Virus record (IMG/VR): IMGVR_UViG_3300019378_000003
DNA: 64,000 bases
Source: a virus
Taxonomy: Duplodnaviria > Heunggongvirae > Uroviricota > Caudoviricetes
Strand: one strand, 5' to 3'
Part shown: positions 9,988 through 20,700 of the stretch, piece by piece
Position numbering within the stretch: the first letter of the stretch is position 1
Layout: each line of letters opens with the position of its first letter
Made by a program: the position numbers and the translations under genes
Notes under the pieces: model-generated
The model's input: the letters and a program-made list of their open reading frames with translations, nothing else
What the model was told of the DNA's origin: nothing
Database searches by the model: none

Positions 9988-11031
9988 ATGTTAGAAAGAA
10001 ATGAACTTTTGAAATTGATGCAGGCTACTGCTAAAGCTGATCGCTCCAATCCTGTTGCTTACAGCTTTAACGGTGAGAACCTTTCTTACGAGGCTCTTAA
10101 TGAGACTCTTCGTAAGGAATTGAATGAGTACGCTGGTACTTATGCACTTTATCGTGAAAATAAGAATATGATTTTCTCCCTTATCGAGGAGACTATTGAC
10201 CTTGTTCTTCCCAAGAAGGTTATGGAAAACTATGGTCAGTTTGCAGAAACCAAAGTTTACAAGCAGGGCGACAAGCCTATCTTTACCGTGAAGGGCAACT
10301 ACCACAATCGTGCCAAGCAGTTCATTACCAAGGTTGGCTTGAATGGTATTTACGAAGTCTTCAAGCTTGGTAAAGAGCGTCCTTTCGAACTTCAGACCAG
10401 CGCTATCGGCGGAGCCGCAGCAATTGGTTTCGAAGAGTTCCTTGATGGTCGTGTTGACTTTGCAGAAGTTACCAAGATCGTTATGGAAGGTATGGATGAA
10501 CTTATCTATCGTGAGATTGCTAAGGCTCTTATGAGCTCTATCAATCAGCTTCCTCGTGCAAATCAGGTTGCCGCAGCTGGCTTTGATGAGGCTGCTTTCG
10601 ACCGTTTGTTGAGCGTTGCTTCCGCATACGGCACTCCTTCCATCTATTGTACCTATGAGTTTGCTGTTAAGATGATTCCTGCTGAAGGCTGGATCTCTGA
10701 CGCTATGCGTGATGAGAAGTGGGCAAAGGGCTACTTCGCAAACTACAAGGGCTATCGCGTTGTAATTCTTCCTCAGGCTTTCGAGGATGAAACCAACGAG
10801 AAGAAGATGGTTGATCCTGGTTATGTTTGGATTCTTCCTACCGGCCACGACAAGCCCGTTAAGGTTGCTTTCGAAGGCGATACTTTGGTTCAGGAAATGC
10901 ATACCCATGACCGTAGCCGTGAAATCCAGGTTTACAAGAAAGTTGGCGTTGGCGTAATTACCAGCCCTGACATTTGCGTATATCAGGATACCGAGCTTCT
11001 TGGTCAGATGGACGTTGTTCGCGCTATCTAA
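9988..11031 (+). CDS. Major capsid protein (candidate), 347 aa, no TAG.
   Basis: AAAGGAG then ATG 9988, ending at TAA, followed by a strong intrinsic terminator. The call rests on size, position, TAG-free coding and the terminator. No motif was verified. Confidence 0.45.
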   Translation: MLERNELLKLMQATAKADRSNPVAYSFNGENLSYEALNETLRKELNEYAGTYALYRENKNMIFSLIEETIDLVLPKKVMENYGQFAETKVYKQGDKPIFTVKGNYHNRAKQFITKVGLNGIYEVFKLGKERPFELQTSAIGGAAAIGFEEFLDGRVDFAEVTKIVMEGMDELIYREIAKALMSSINQLPRANQVAAAGFDEAAFDRLLSVASAYGTPSIYCTYEFAVKMIPAEGWISDAMRDEKWAKGYFANYKGYRVVILPQAFEDETNEKKMVDPGYVWILPTGHDKPVKVAFEGDTLVQEMHTHDRSREIQVYKKVGVGVITSPDICVYQDTELLGQMDVVRAI

Positions 11032-11054
11032 TGAATAGAGGTTTATAAATACTG

Positions 11055-11086
11055 AGGGTGGGTCTAGCACCCACCCTTATTTTTTG
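11055..11086 (+). terminator. Rho-independent terminator.
   Basis: GGGTGGGT-ctagc-ACCCACCC hairpin followed by TTATTTTTT. Confidence 0.7.
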
Positions 11087-11105
11087 AGAAAAAGGAGTTT
11101 GTACT

Positions 11106-11675
11106 ATGGAAAATATTAACAAGGTTGCGGTAAAAAACCGCAGTAATTCTACTGTCGTATATTCTATCCCTGAGATGAATATCCGTCGTGAGTACGCACC
11201 CGGCGAGACTAAGAAAATCGCCAAAGAAGAAATTGAGGCACTTACTTATCGTTCTGGTGGTGCGAATTTAATTCAACGCTTTTTGGTTGTAGACCAAGAG
11301 ACACTTAATGATATCTCTATGAATGTTGAGCCTGAATATTGGCTTGATGATGAAGGCGTAAAGAAACTTCTTACTGAAGGTTCTCTTGATGCTTTCTTGG
11401 ATTGTTTGGATTTTGCACCTGCCGGTGTAATTGACCTTGTTAAGAAGCATGCTGTTGCGCTACCTCTTAACGATGTAGAAAAGCGTAAGGCTTTAAAGAA
11501 AGCTACTGGCTTCGATGTAGATACCATTCTGCGCAATAAGCAGTTGGCTGAAGAAGAAGATAGCAAGATTGAACCCGCCGCTCCACAGCGTCGCGTAAAG
11601 CCTGCGGCAACAGAAGGCCGTAGAACAACTCCCCAATACAAGGTTGTATCAGTACAAAAGCCAGAAGGAGAGTAA
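11106..11675 (+). CDS. Hypothetical protein, 189 aa, no TAG.
   Basis: AAAAGGAG then ATG 11106, ending at TAA 11673-11675. Confidence 0.4.
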   Translation: MENINKVAVKNRSNSTVVYSIPEMNIRREYAPGETKKIAKEEIEALTYRSGGANLIQRFLVVDQETLNDISMNVEPEYWLDDEGVKKLLTEGSLDAFLDCLDFAPAGVIDLVKKHAVALPLNDVEKRKALKKATGFDVDTILRNKQLAEEEDSKIEPAAPQRRVKPAATEGRRTTPQYKVVSVQKPEGE

Positions 11676-11680
11676 TCAAT

Positions 11681-12151
11681 ATGGCGACATCCTTTGAAAC
11701 TATTACAAATAAGTTTCTCGGTAAAATTACCGATGATATGTATTTAGAACTCACCCCAGAAGATACTTTGAGAGACGCTAAATCATTTCTATTGGATGCC
11801 ATTCCTTATTTTGAATTTCCTCGTTTTGCTTTGTATGATTACAACGTAGAGTTGGAAGAATATAATATAGATTTAACCGACGAGGAAATTAACATTCTTG
11901 CTTTGTTGATGAAAACAGCATGGCTTGAACGTTAGATAAATTCTGTTGAACACACTCGAATGAAATATTCCGGCTCTGATTTTAAAATGACCTCTCAAGC
12001 CAACCATTTGTCGAAGCTTTTGCAGTTGAAATCAGAGAATGTTCGTGAGTCTACTCACGCACAGCGTCTTTACAAAAGACGTAAGTTTAATGAAGACGGA
12101 ACGGTTTCTTCAAACTGGTCATGTTTGTTGGATACCAGCGCTATTGAATGA
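11681..12151 (+). CDS. Head-tail connector/adaptor candidate, 156 aa, 1 in-frame TAG.
   Basis: GAAGGAGAG then ATG 11681. Track ORFs 11681 and 11960 are in the same frame, separated by a TAG at 11933. The gene ends at TGA 12149-12151, overlapping the next start (ATGA). Function is positional only. Confidence 0.35.
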
Positions 12152-12450
12152 TTACTACTTATGGTGGCAATTTTCAAGAGGAACTAATTCGAGTGGATTT
12201 ACGCAGACTCATTAATCAGACTTGGAAGTTACTTCCAATGAAAGAAAATAATGAGGACTGGCAAAAATAGTTAGATACAGTCTTAAATGAATTATATGGT
12301 TTGCATGAGATCTTTGGCGGTCAACTCAACTTTCTCGTCTTGCTTTCTAAGCTTGAGGGATTGCCGCAAATCGATAATTTTATGTCTTATAGAGTAATCG
12401 TGTTCGGAGCAATTTCTTTGCTTACTGAACTGATGAACGGATTGAATTAA
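12148..12450 (+). CDS. Hypothetical head-tail joining protein, 100 aa, 1 in-frame TAG.
   Basis: ATG 12148 overlaps the upstream TGA. The gene ends at TAA 12448-12450, overlapping the next ATG (TAATG). It is invisible in the standard-code ORF track because of the TAG at 12268. Confidence 0.35.
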
Positions 12451-13394
12451 TGGAAAATTTGAATCTGTTAAAATTGCGTGCGAAGCATGCCAATAATGAT
12501 CGCCAGCATGATCGCATGGTTAAAGATAAATTGCGTTCTCTTCATCGCGCTTTATTATATTCTTATCAAACAGCGTGGATTAAAAAAGATGGAGTAGAAG
12601 ACGCAGACTATGTTCGTGCTTTAATCAATCCTGATAAAGTAAAATTCGATTATGATGAAAAAATTGTATCAGTCGAATACGAACATGGCTTTGGACCTGG
12701 AGACACTTTTGAATGGAAAAATACTGGAACGCACTGGATTATTCTTAAACAAGAGATGACTGAAGTTGCTTACTTCCGTGGTAATGTCCGTAGATGTCAA
12801 GAACTTTTAATTACTGATCCTGAAACTGGTGATAAAGTTAGCATTTGGGCAGCAGTGCGTGGTCCTGTTGAAACTAAATTAAATACAATTCAAAAAGCGG
12901 GATTAGTAGCCAATGTGCCGAATATGACACTACAATTGTATATTCCGAAAACGGAATAGAATATGCGTTTATTTGAACGATATGTTACTTTTGAATTTGG
13001 TGGACGTTTTTGGCAGATTGTTGCTCCTGATACTATTAGTACTCCAGGAATCATCGAAATTCCTGCTGTTGAAGACTATGAATGTCATCACAGCGATTTA
13101 TTGGTGGAAGTGGTAGATCCTAATCCTCCAGTTGAAGAATATGAAGATACTATTGAAGGCGAAACTTTTGTAAAGCCTTTAGAGCAATCTATTTATACTG
13201 TAACATCTTATAATCCTAATCTTAATTGGGTTGTAACTTTAGCATCAGACAATAAAGATGTTGAAGATACAGTTGAATGGGAAATTCGAGAAGATGGTTC
13301 AATTGCTGTTACTTGGATTTCAATGGTTAGTGGATCTTATGTATTAAAATATGGAGATCTTGAAAAGACCATTATTGTATAGTCACTGTTCTAA
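12450..13394 (+). CDS. Hypothetical head-tail joining protein, 314 aa, 2 in-frame TAG.
   Basis: Track ORFs 12450-12959 and 12963-13382 are in the same frame, separated only by a TAG at 12957. A further TAG at 13380 is read through to TAA 13392-13394. Confidence 0.4.
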
Positions 13395-13405
13395 GGAGGG
13401 ATAAA

Positions 13406-14149
13406 ATGAACCCTCTAATGTTAATGACTGGTGTTGATATTCCATTTCCAGAAATTTAGATGGCTGTTCATTAGCCAACAATTCTAGAAATCTCATATAT
13501 TGGAGAATTGAATTATTTTGCGGGCCTTCAATTATTATGTATTGATAAAAATACATTAGTGTTAAGTTCTGCAGAGGACAATTCTAGATTAGGTTCTATG
13601 AGTAATTTTTAGATATTTATGACAATGATGACTGAACAACAACCTGGCATGGAGGACAAAAAGGCACAAGTTATTTAGGTTTTTGAATTACTCTTCCCAG
13701 GCTATCGTGTTCAGTTTACTCCAAGATGCCTATTTTTTAATAATGGCCAAGGTTCGTCTTTCACTCTTGATGATGTAACTTTTGAGAAATTTCAAGAAAT
13801 ACTTAAACCGCAAGTTTCTATTTTTAAAGGTGCTGATGGTGGTTATAATCCCGTTGGTAGAAAAGCATAGGAAATTGCGAATAAGTTAATGAAGGGTAAA
13901 CAAAAGGTTGCTGAATTGAAAGGTGAAACTCGTAATCAAGGTGGCATTTTGTCTAGATATGTTTCTATTCTCACAATAGGTCTAAATACCATGTCATTTT
14001 AGGACTGTTTGAATTTGACTGTCTATCAAATGTTTGATCTGGTTGAAAGATACGGCCTATATGTCTCGTGGGATTTAGATATAAAGTCTCGGTTAGCTGG
14101 TGGCAAGCCAGAGGATAAACCCGATGACTGGATGAAAAATATACATTGA
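13406..14149 (+). CDS. Hypothetical tail-proximal protein, 247 aa, several in-frame TAG.
   Basis: AAGGAGGG then ATG 13406 in frame 2, ending at TGA 14147-14149. There is no track ORF because of the TAG density. Confidence 0.35.
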
Positions 14150-14171
14150 TTATTAAAGGAGGAAACAACCA

Positions 14172-15233
14172 ATGAAATTTGGCGTACGCGAAATTTGTGA
14201 CGTAGTATTACGTCGTAAGGCCGCTGGTTGGTTCGGTAAGCTTTATTTGGAAAAGGACATGCCTGTTCTTTTCTTTGATACTTTGAAGACCTCTAACCTT
14301 GAAGGCGCAGCTACTACTGTTTATGCTCAGGGTGGTAAAGGTAATCCTCGTCTTGTTGCTTGGGAAGGTGACCGTACCGTTACTTTCACTATGGAAGACG
14401 CATTGATTAGTCCTCAGAGCTTCTCTATTCTTTCTGGTGCTGGTTTCATGGATGCTTCTAGTGAAAAAGCTATCTATGTTCACCAGACCGGTCAGCTTGA
14501 AATTAGTACTGATGGCAATTTGAATTTTGAAACCAAGCCTTCTGCTGGTGAAGCTGGTAAGTTTGCAGATATGTATTTGATGCTTTTGGATGAATATGGT
14601 AATATTAATACTAACTTCATGCCTATTATGATTAAGCCTGAAGGCCGTAGTGATAATGAACCTGGTGTTTATGCAGAATCTTATCCTGTAAATGGCGAAG
14701 GCGAAAGTCTTGTTAATAAGATTAAGGCTTTCATTGTAGATTATAATGAACGTAATAAAACTGTAAATGGTTTTAAGCCATTAGAGTATACTGTTAATGA
14801 AACTCTTATCAAGCCTACTGAAGATGCCTCTGTTGAAGAAATTGCTGCTTACAATAAGGCTAAAGCTAATAACATCGTTATTGGACCTGGTACTGTAGTT
14901 TTTGTTGACTATTATGTAAAGGCTGACACTGGTGTTAAGCAGATTGATATCGAAGCTGATAAGTTTGGTGGATCTTACTATCTTGAAGCTTCTACCTTGT
15001 TCCGTGATCAGGGTACTGGTGAAGACCATCCTGCAGAGTTCGTTATCCCGAACTGCAAGGTTCAGTCTAACTTTACCTTCACCATGGCTCCTTCCGGAGA
15101 TCCTTCTACTTTCACCTTCACAATGGACGCTTTCCCGGACTATACTAAGTTTGATCGCACTAAGAAGGTTCTTGCCGCACTTCAGATTGTTGAAGACAAG
15201 GCTGGCTTCGGCGCTCTTACTGCCAAAGCTTAA
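14172..15233 (+). CDS. Major tail (tube) protein candidate, 353 aa, no TAG.
   Basis: AAAGGAGG then ATG 14172, ending at TAA, followed by a strong terminator. The gene is TAG-free and lies upstream of the tape-measure region. Confidence 0.45.
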   Translation: MKFGVREICDVVLRRKAAGWFGKLYLEKDMPVLFFDTLKTSNLEGAATTVYAQGGKGNPRLVAWEGDRTVTFTMEDALISPQSFSILSGAGFMDASSEKAIYVHQTGQLEISTDGNLNFETKPSAGEAGKFADMYLMLLDEYGNINTNFMPIMIKPEGRSDNEPGVYAESYPVNGEGESLVNKIKAFIVDYNERNKTVNGFKPLEYTVNETLIKPTEDASVEEIAAYNKAKANNIVIGPGTVVFVDYYVKADTGVKQIDIEADKFGGSYYLEASTLFRDQGTGEDHPAEFVIPNCKVQSNFTFTMAPSGDPSTFTFTMDAFPDYTKFDRTKKVLAALQIVEDKAGFGALTAKA

Positions 15234-15251
15234 TTTTTAAACGTCAATATA

Positions 15252-15289
15252 GGGAGATACTAACTTTCGTTAGTATCTCCCTTTTTTTT
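15252..15289 (+). terminator. Rho-independent terminator.
   Basis: GGGAGATACTAAC-tttc-GTTAGTATCTCCC hairpin followed by T8. Confidence 0.75.
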
Positions 15290-15317
15290 ATTATATAGAT
15301 AAAAAGGAGATGCTTAT

Positions 15318-15851
15318 ATGCGAGTAGGACAAAATTATTTTCCAAAATCTAGTTTTTTATCAATTGATAAAAATTTAGCATTAATTGTTAATAAAATGCT
15401 AGAAAATCAAAGATTATGTAAATTATTATATTATACGTAGCGAGACTGTTTAAAAGCGGAAAATTTAACGCCCAAAGAAAAATTAAGTTTAATTGATAAT
15501 TAGATTAAAATTACTCCATATTTACCTATTGATTCAGATTGTCCTATATATGTTGTAATAACTTTTAATAGATTTTTACCAAATTATAAAAATCCTGAGT
15601 TCCGTGATTTTAATATAAAAATTGATATTATTTGTCATCCTGATCATTGGCATTTAGGTAATTTTGCTTTGCGCCCATATAAAATAGCTGGTGAAATTGA
15701 TGCTATGTTAAATAAAACTAAATTAACGGGTATCGGTGAAGTAGAGTTTCAAGGTGCAGACGATTTATTATTAAATGAATAGTTGTGTGGACTTACATTA
15801 ATTTATCGTACAGTTTAGGGTGTTGAAGATTAGATTAATCCATTGTCGTAA
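15318..15851 (+). CDS. Hypothetical protein, 177 aa, 5 in-frame TAG. Sits in the AT-rich island.
   Basis: GGAG then ATG 15318, ending at TAA 15849-15851. Reads ...PIYVVITFNRFLPNYKNPEFRDFNIKIDIICHPDHWHLGNFALRPYKIAGEIDAML... Confidence 0.35.
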
Positions 15852-15866
15852 GGAGGTGCCATAAAA

Positions 15867-17108
15867 ATGGCAGGTAGTGTATTTGGAGTTTCTGTTGAAG
15901 AAGCATTTGTAAGAAGTGGTACTGCAGAAGCTATAAAAGATAACCTTACTTCAATGAATGAAGTAAATAGAAGAATATTAAATAATAGTTGTACTATTTT
16001 AGATAATACTTTAAATGAAATTACTATACTTAAAGAATAGTTTATAGGGGAAAATCGTTTATCTAAAGAATATTCTAGAAGAATAGCAACTCGTAAAAAA
16101 GATTCGACAAAAGTAGAATATGGAAGAAAGTTATCAGAATTATTACTTTTAACAAAAAGTCATAAAGCTAAATTAAATCAAAAAATTATTTATGCATTTA
16201 AATTAGAACATAAAATTTTAGATATTTTATCAAACAATTAGACATAGACTGCTTTATTTTCAATATATTTTTATGGTGAAAATCCACAAGAGATTATGCG
16301 TGGAGAAATTAAAACTTCAGATTTATATAATTCAAAATATTTATATATTGATAATGCTGGTAACATTAAATTATCTGCTAAAGTTATTTAGGCAGAAGGA
16401 TTATTTTCAAAAATAACATCTTCTCGCTCTGTAAATGGAGCAATTTCTGATGTAGTTTGGGATGAGATGTTAGCAGCAGATTTAGAGGCATTAGTAGATG
16501 AAACATATAGTTTTTTAAAAGACGTATAGAATAAATATCAAGAAATAAAAGATACTGCATCTAAAAAGCATTTAGGTAATGAATTAGATGCATTACATGA
16601 TGTAACTCGAAAATTTTCAGAAGAATCAAATGCCATTATGTCATTAATTGAAGAAAAATAGGCTGCAATGTATAATTATTTATTCTATGATTAGGGGAAA
16701 AAACCTGCAGGTCGCTTAAACAGAGGTCATTTGGCAGAAGCTTATGAACATATTTATCAAGCAAGATTGGCGGGTCGTGAAGTACCATCAGCTTATGAAG
16801 CATTACAACGTTCATTGGGCGATGATCCATGGTATATCGGTGGTGACGTAGGCAATGTATAGGTTAAAGCTTTTTTTGACAATAATGATCGTCATATCGC
16901 TAGTTATACAAGTATTATATCTTTAGGAAAAACTTTGGTGCAAGTTGTGAAAAATACTGTTAATGCTTTGCAAGAAATTGCTACCGCAGGAACAGAAAGA
17001 ATATTATTAAAATAGCAATCAAATTTTAATAAAGCAAATAAAGTATTAGAGCAATGCACCAGAAAAGAAATTGAGACTATGATGAAAAATAATTTAAAAC
17101 AATCTTGA
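15867..17108 (+). CDS. Hypothetical protein, ~413 aa, ~12 in-frame TAG. Sits in the AT-rich island.
   Basis: AAGGAGG then ATG 15867, in one frame to TGA 17106-17108. The end of the gene overlaps the -35 box of the downstream promoter. I recognise no domain. Confidence 0.35.
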
Positions 17109-17133
17109 CAGATAAAAAATTTTTTGTTATAAT
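17105..17133 (+). promoter_or_regulatory. Consensus sigma70 promoter, TTGACA-N17-TATAAT. Second copy of the motif seen at 1804.
   Basis: 17105-17110 is TTGACA, followed by the spacer gataaaaaattttttgt, then 17128-17133 TATAAT. AAAGGAG and TTG 17166 follow. Confidence 0.6.
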
Positions 17134-17165
17134 ATAATCATTGAAGAGAAAAAGGAGTGAAAATT

Positions 17166-17690
17166 TTGGCTAAAATTTCATTAAGTAAAATTACTCCAAT
17201 TAAAATTGTTGCGCCCGTATTGGTATAGATTTGTGAACAAGATGTAGAAATTATACAATATTTACCCGTACAAGAAAAATTGGCAATGATTGAACGCATT
17301 CTAAATTGGAGTATTGACACTACTGGAGTGTTAAATCCGGTAAAATTAGAAGTATATTCAGTATTAGAAATCATTTCTACTTATACAAATATTAATATTA
17401 CTGATAAGATGATGGAGAATGCTCCAAAAACTTATGATAGTTTAATGATTAATGGCGTAATTGATAAAATTATTGAAAATATTCCAGAAGATGAATATAA
17501 TGCTATTTTTGACGCTATCGAAGAATGTGCTGAAAATATTGTATCTTATTTAAATTCTTTTGCCGGTATGATGAAAACAGTCACTGATAATTATGATGCA
17601 GAAAAAATGAATGTAGAAGGTTTAATGAATGATCTAGGAGAACTTGGAAAAGATAGTTTAGTTAAAGATGTTCTTGAAAAAATTGGTTAA
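17166..17690 (+). CDS. Acidic small protein, possible tail assembly chaperone. 174 aa, 1 in-frame TAG.
   Basis: TTG 17166 is in frame with track ORF 17280-17690, through a TAG at 17226. The gene ends at TAA. The protein is acidic and lies immediately upstream of the tape-measure gene. Confidence 0.35.
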
Positions 17691-17726
17691 GTGATTTATT
17701 ATAAAAATTAAGAATTATAGAATCCC

Positions 17727-17765
17727 AAAGGAAAGATGTAAGTGAATACATCTTTCCTTTTTTTA
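17727..17765 (+). terminator. Rho-independent terminator or attenuator between the chaperone-like gene and the tape-measure gene.
   Basis: Perfect 14-bp stem AAAGGAAAGATGTA-agtgaa-TACATCTTTCCTTT followed by TTTT. Confidence 0.7.
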
Positions 17766-17787
17766 TAGAGAGAAAGGAGTTTACAGT

Positions 17788-20700
17788 ATGGCTCAAGGAA
17801 CTACTTAGTGGACTTTGTAGATTAGTGCTGACACTAGTCGAGCTAAAAAAGATATTAATAATTTAGTATAGAGCTTAAATAAAGTTAATACACTAAATTT
17901 AGATTAGCTCGGTATGTCCACACAAATTCGTGAGGCTGCGACTGCTGCGCAATAGTTAAAATTGCATTTATAGGCAGCAACTAATGTCAATACTGGTCAA
18001 TTAAATCTTGTAGAATTTAATAAAAGTATTTAGCAATCAGGATAGTCAATGGCATCGCTTATGGCTACTTTGGCTCAAGGTGGTTAGACTGGTCAACAGG
18101 CATTCCAATAGATGGCAACTACTATTGCAAATACTTAGGTGCCGATAAAACAAACAAATAAATTATTATCTAATATGATGACAACTCTTAAAAATACTGT
18201 TAAGTGGGAATTGTCATCTATGTTTATTCGTGGTTTACGCACTTCAATCACTGGCGCTATTGGATATGTTAAAGATTTAAATGGTGCTTTAAATGATATC
18301 CGTATTGTTACAGGTAAAAGTGTTGAAGAAATGGCTCGTTTTACTGATCAGGCGCGTGCTGCGGCGAGGGAATTATCAACCACAACTAAAGCATTCACTG
18401 ACGCTTCTTTGATTTATTTCCAATAGGGTGACTCGATGGAAATGGCTGCTAAGAAAGCGGCGATTACTATTAAAGCAGCAAATGCCTCTTTTGGATCTAC
18501 GGCTTCTGAAATGGCAGAACATTTAACTGCTGTTTGGAATTCTTATCAAGTTGGCGCAGAAGAGTTAGAACATTATGTTGATATAATGGCGAAGCTTGGT
18601 GCGAACACTGCAACCAGTATGGAAGAAATTGCTACTTCAATGCAAAAAGTTGCTGCTACTGCGAATACTGTTGGCGTTTCTATGGAACAAGTTTCTTCGA
18701 TTATTGCCACGGTATCTTCTGTTACTCGCGAATCTGCAGAATCAATTGGTACTTCTTTTAAAACAATTTTTGCTCGTATTGGTGACTTAAAATTAGGAGA
18801 GACTCTTGAAGACGGTGTAGATCTTGGACAAGTATCTTCTGTTTTAGATAAAATTGGAGTTTCTATTTTAGATGCCAATGGGCAAATGCGAGACATGGGC
18901 GCAATCGTTGAAGATTTAATGGGAAAATGGCAGACTATGACTCGAGCAGAGCAAACTGCTGTGGCATAGGTTGTAGCTGGTAAGCGTCAATATACTCAAT
19001 TAATTGCTTTAATGGAAAATGATGAAGCGTATAAAAAAAATAAAAGTTTAGCAGAGAATTCTGATGGTGCACTGCAAGGAATGCAAGATATTCATGCTGA
19101 AAGTGCTGAAGCTGCAGCTGCGCGCACGAAAGAATCTATTTAGACTTTATATAGTACGCTTTTAAATGATAAAGCTTTGATTGGTTTTTAGAAAACAATT
19201 AAAGGTATTGTTGATAATGTTACTAATTTAGCTAAATCATTAGGTGGTCTTAAAGGCATAGTAGGAGCAGTTGGTGCGATTTTAATGCGTACATTTAGTG
19301 GAAAAATTGCTTCTACTATTAAATCAATGGGTGCTGGTATAGCTACTTTTATGACAAATGGTTCATATAAATAGTAGTATTTACAGACTTTAGAGAGGAC
19401 TAATAGTGAATTATCAAATAGTCGCAGTTGGGGAGATACAGCTTCTTTATAGGCTACTAGCAAATTAATTGACTTAAAAAGCAAATTGCTTAATATGGAA
19501 AATTCTTTAACAACAGCACAAGCTCAGCAAATGCAGTTAGCTTTAAGTGGAGCAAGCGAACAAATTGGTACTTTAAATTAGTTAGAACAAGAATACTTAG
19601 ATGTCAAAAGAGCAATTGAATCTGGTACTAGCAGTATGGCTGGTTGGGCAGCGCAAACTTATTAGGTTAAATAGAAACATAATACGGTAAACATGACATT
19701 TAACAAATAGCTTGCAGCACAAATGAGTAGTTAGCATTTTATGAAGGGATCAGGCGACAATAGAATGTCTGCAGGAGGATTCTTTTCTGAGAATGCAATA
19801 CTTAAGGCTAATAATGGGGCGACTGCTGCGAATATGTTGCCACAAATTAATTAGTTAAATCAAATTTCGTCTATTGGACAACAAACTGCCAGAGCTTTAG
19901 AGTAGATTTAGAATCCAGCAAAATTGACTGAATAGGAATTTGCCAAAATTACACAATAGGTTGAGCAGATGAAAGCTGCTTTAAAAGGTACCGCTCGAGC
20001 AAATGCTTTAGATGGAATTACAGCAGAAACATTAAGAACAAAAGAAGGTATTAAATAGTTAAGTGACGCAATTACTTTATTAAATGAAAAATCTCAAACT
20101 GATTTTAATGGATTTACTACGGCTTTTAGGGCGGCATTGAACGCTATGCCTGATGGTGCCTTGAAAACTAGATTAAGTACTTTATTTGATGAATTTTTGA
20201 AAGATTCTGATCATGGTGCAGAAGCACTCTAGCGCTTTAGGTTACAAGCTGAGGCAGTAATGGGTAGTTTGAGTGGTACTGAATCTGCGTTAGATAAACT
20301 AAATGGAAAAATGAATCAAGCCTTTGGTGCGATTAGCAAAGGTGTTGGTACTGCAATGAGTGCAGTATCTGGATTTAATATGCTATCTTAGAGTACTTAG
20401 CAATTAGCCTCTGGTAGCGATAATTTAAGTAGTAATATCGCGACATTGTTGAGTGGTTTAATGATGATTATTTCCATTGCACCTGCTATTGGTACAGCAT
20501 TGACTACTGCGATGGGCCCAATCGGTTGGATTATTGGTGCAATTGCGGCGATTGGTGTTGCAGTTGCGGCAGTTACTGTTGGTATTAGTAAAGCTAGAAA
20601 AGAAGCGTATCAAGCTAAACAAGAATCTAAATTAGAAAAAATTTAGGAAGAAAATGAAATACAAAATGAAGAAGTAAATAATAATCATAATTTAATTAAA

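Noticed and set aside
9991-11070. A 359-aa ORF on the minus strand exactly antisense to the major-capsid candidate.
   Set aside because: It has no RBS or start context and its translation is low-complexity (L/N/K-rich). The sense strand has a strong RBS, is TAG-free and has a terminator. Long antisense ORFs are common opposite highly codon-biased genes.
17600-17800. A programmed -1 frameshift (G/GT-type tail assembly chaperone) upstream of the tape-measure gene.
   Set aside because: I could not find a slippery heptamer plus an extended overlapping frame. The upstream gene ends at a clean TAA followed by a terminator.
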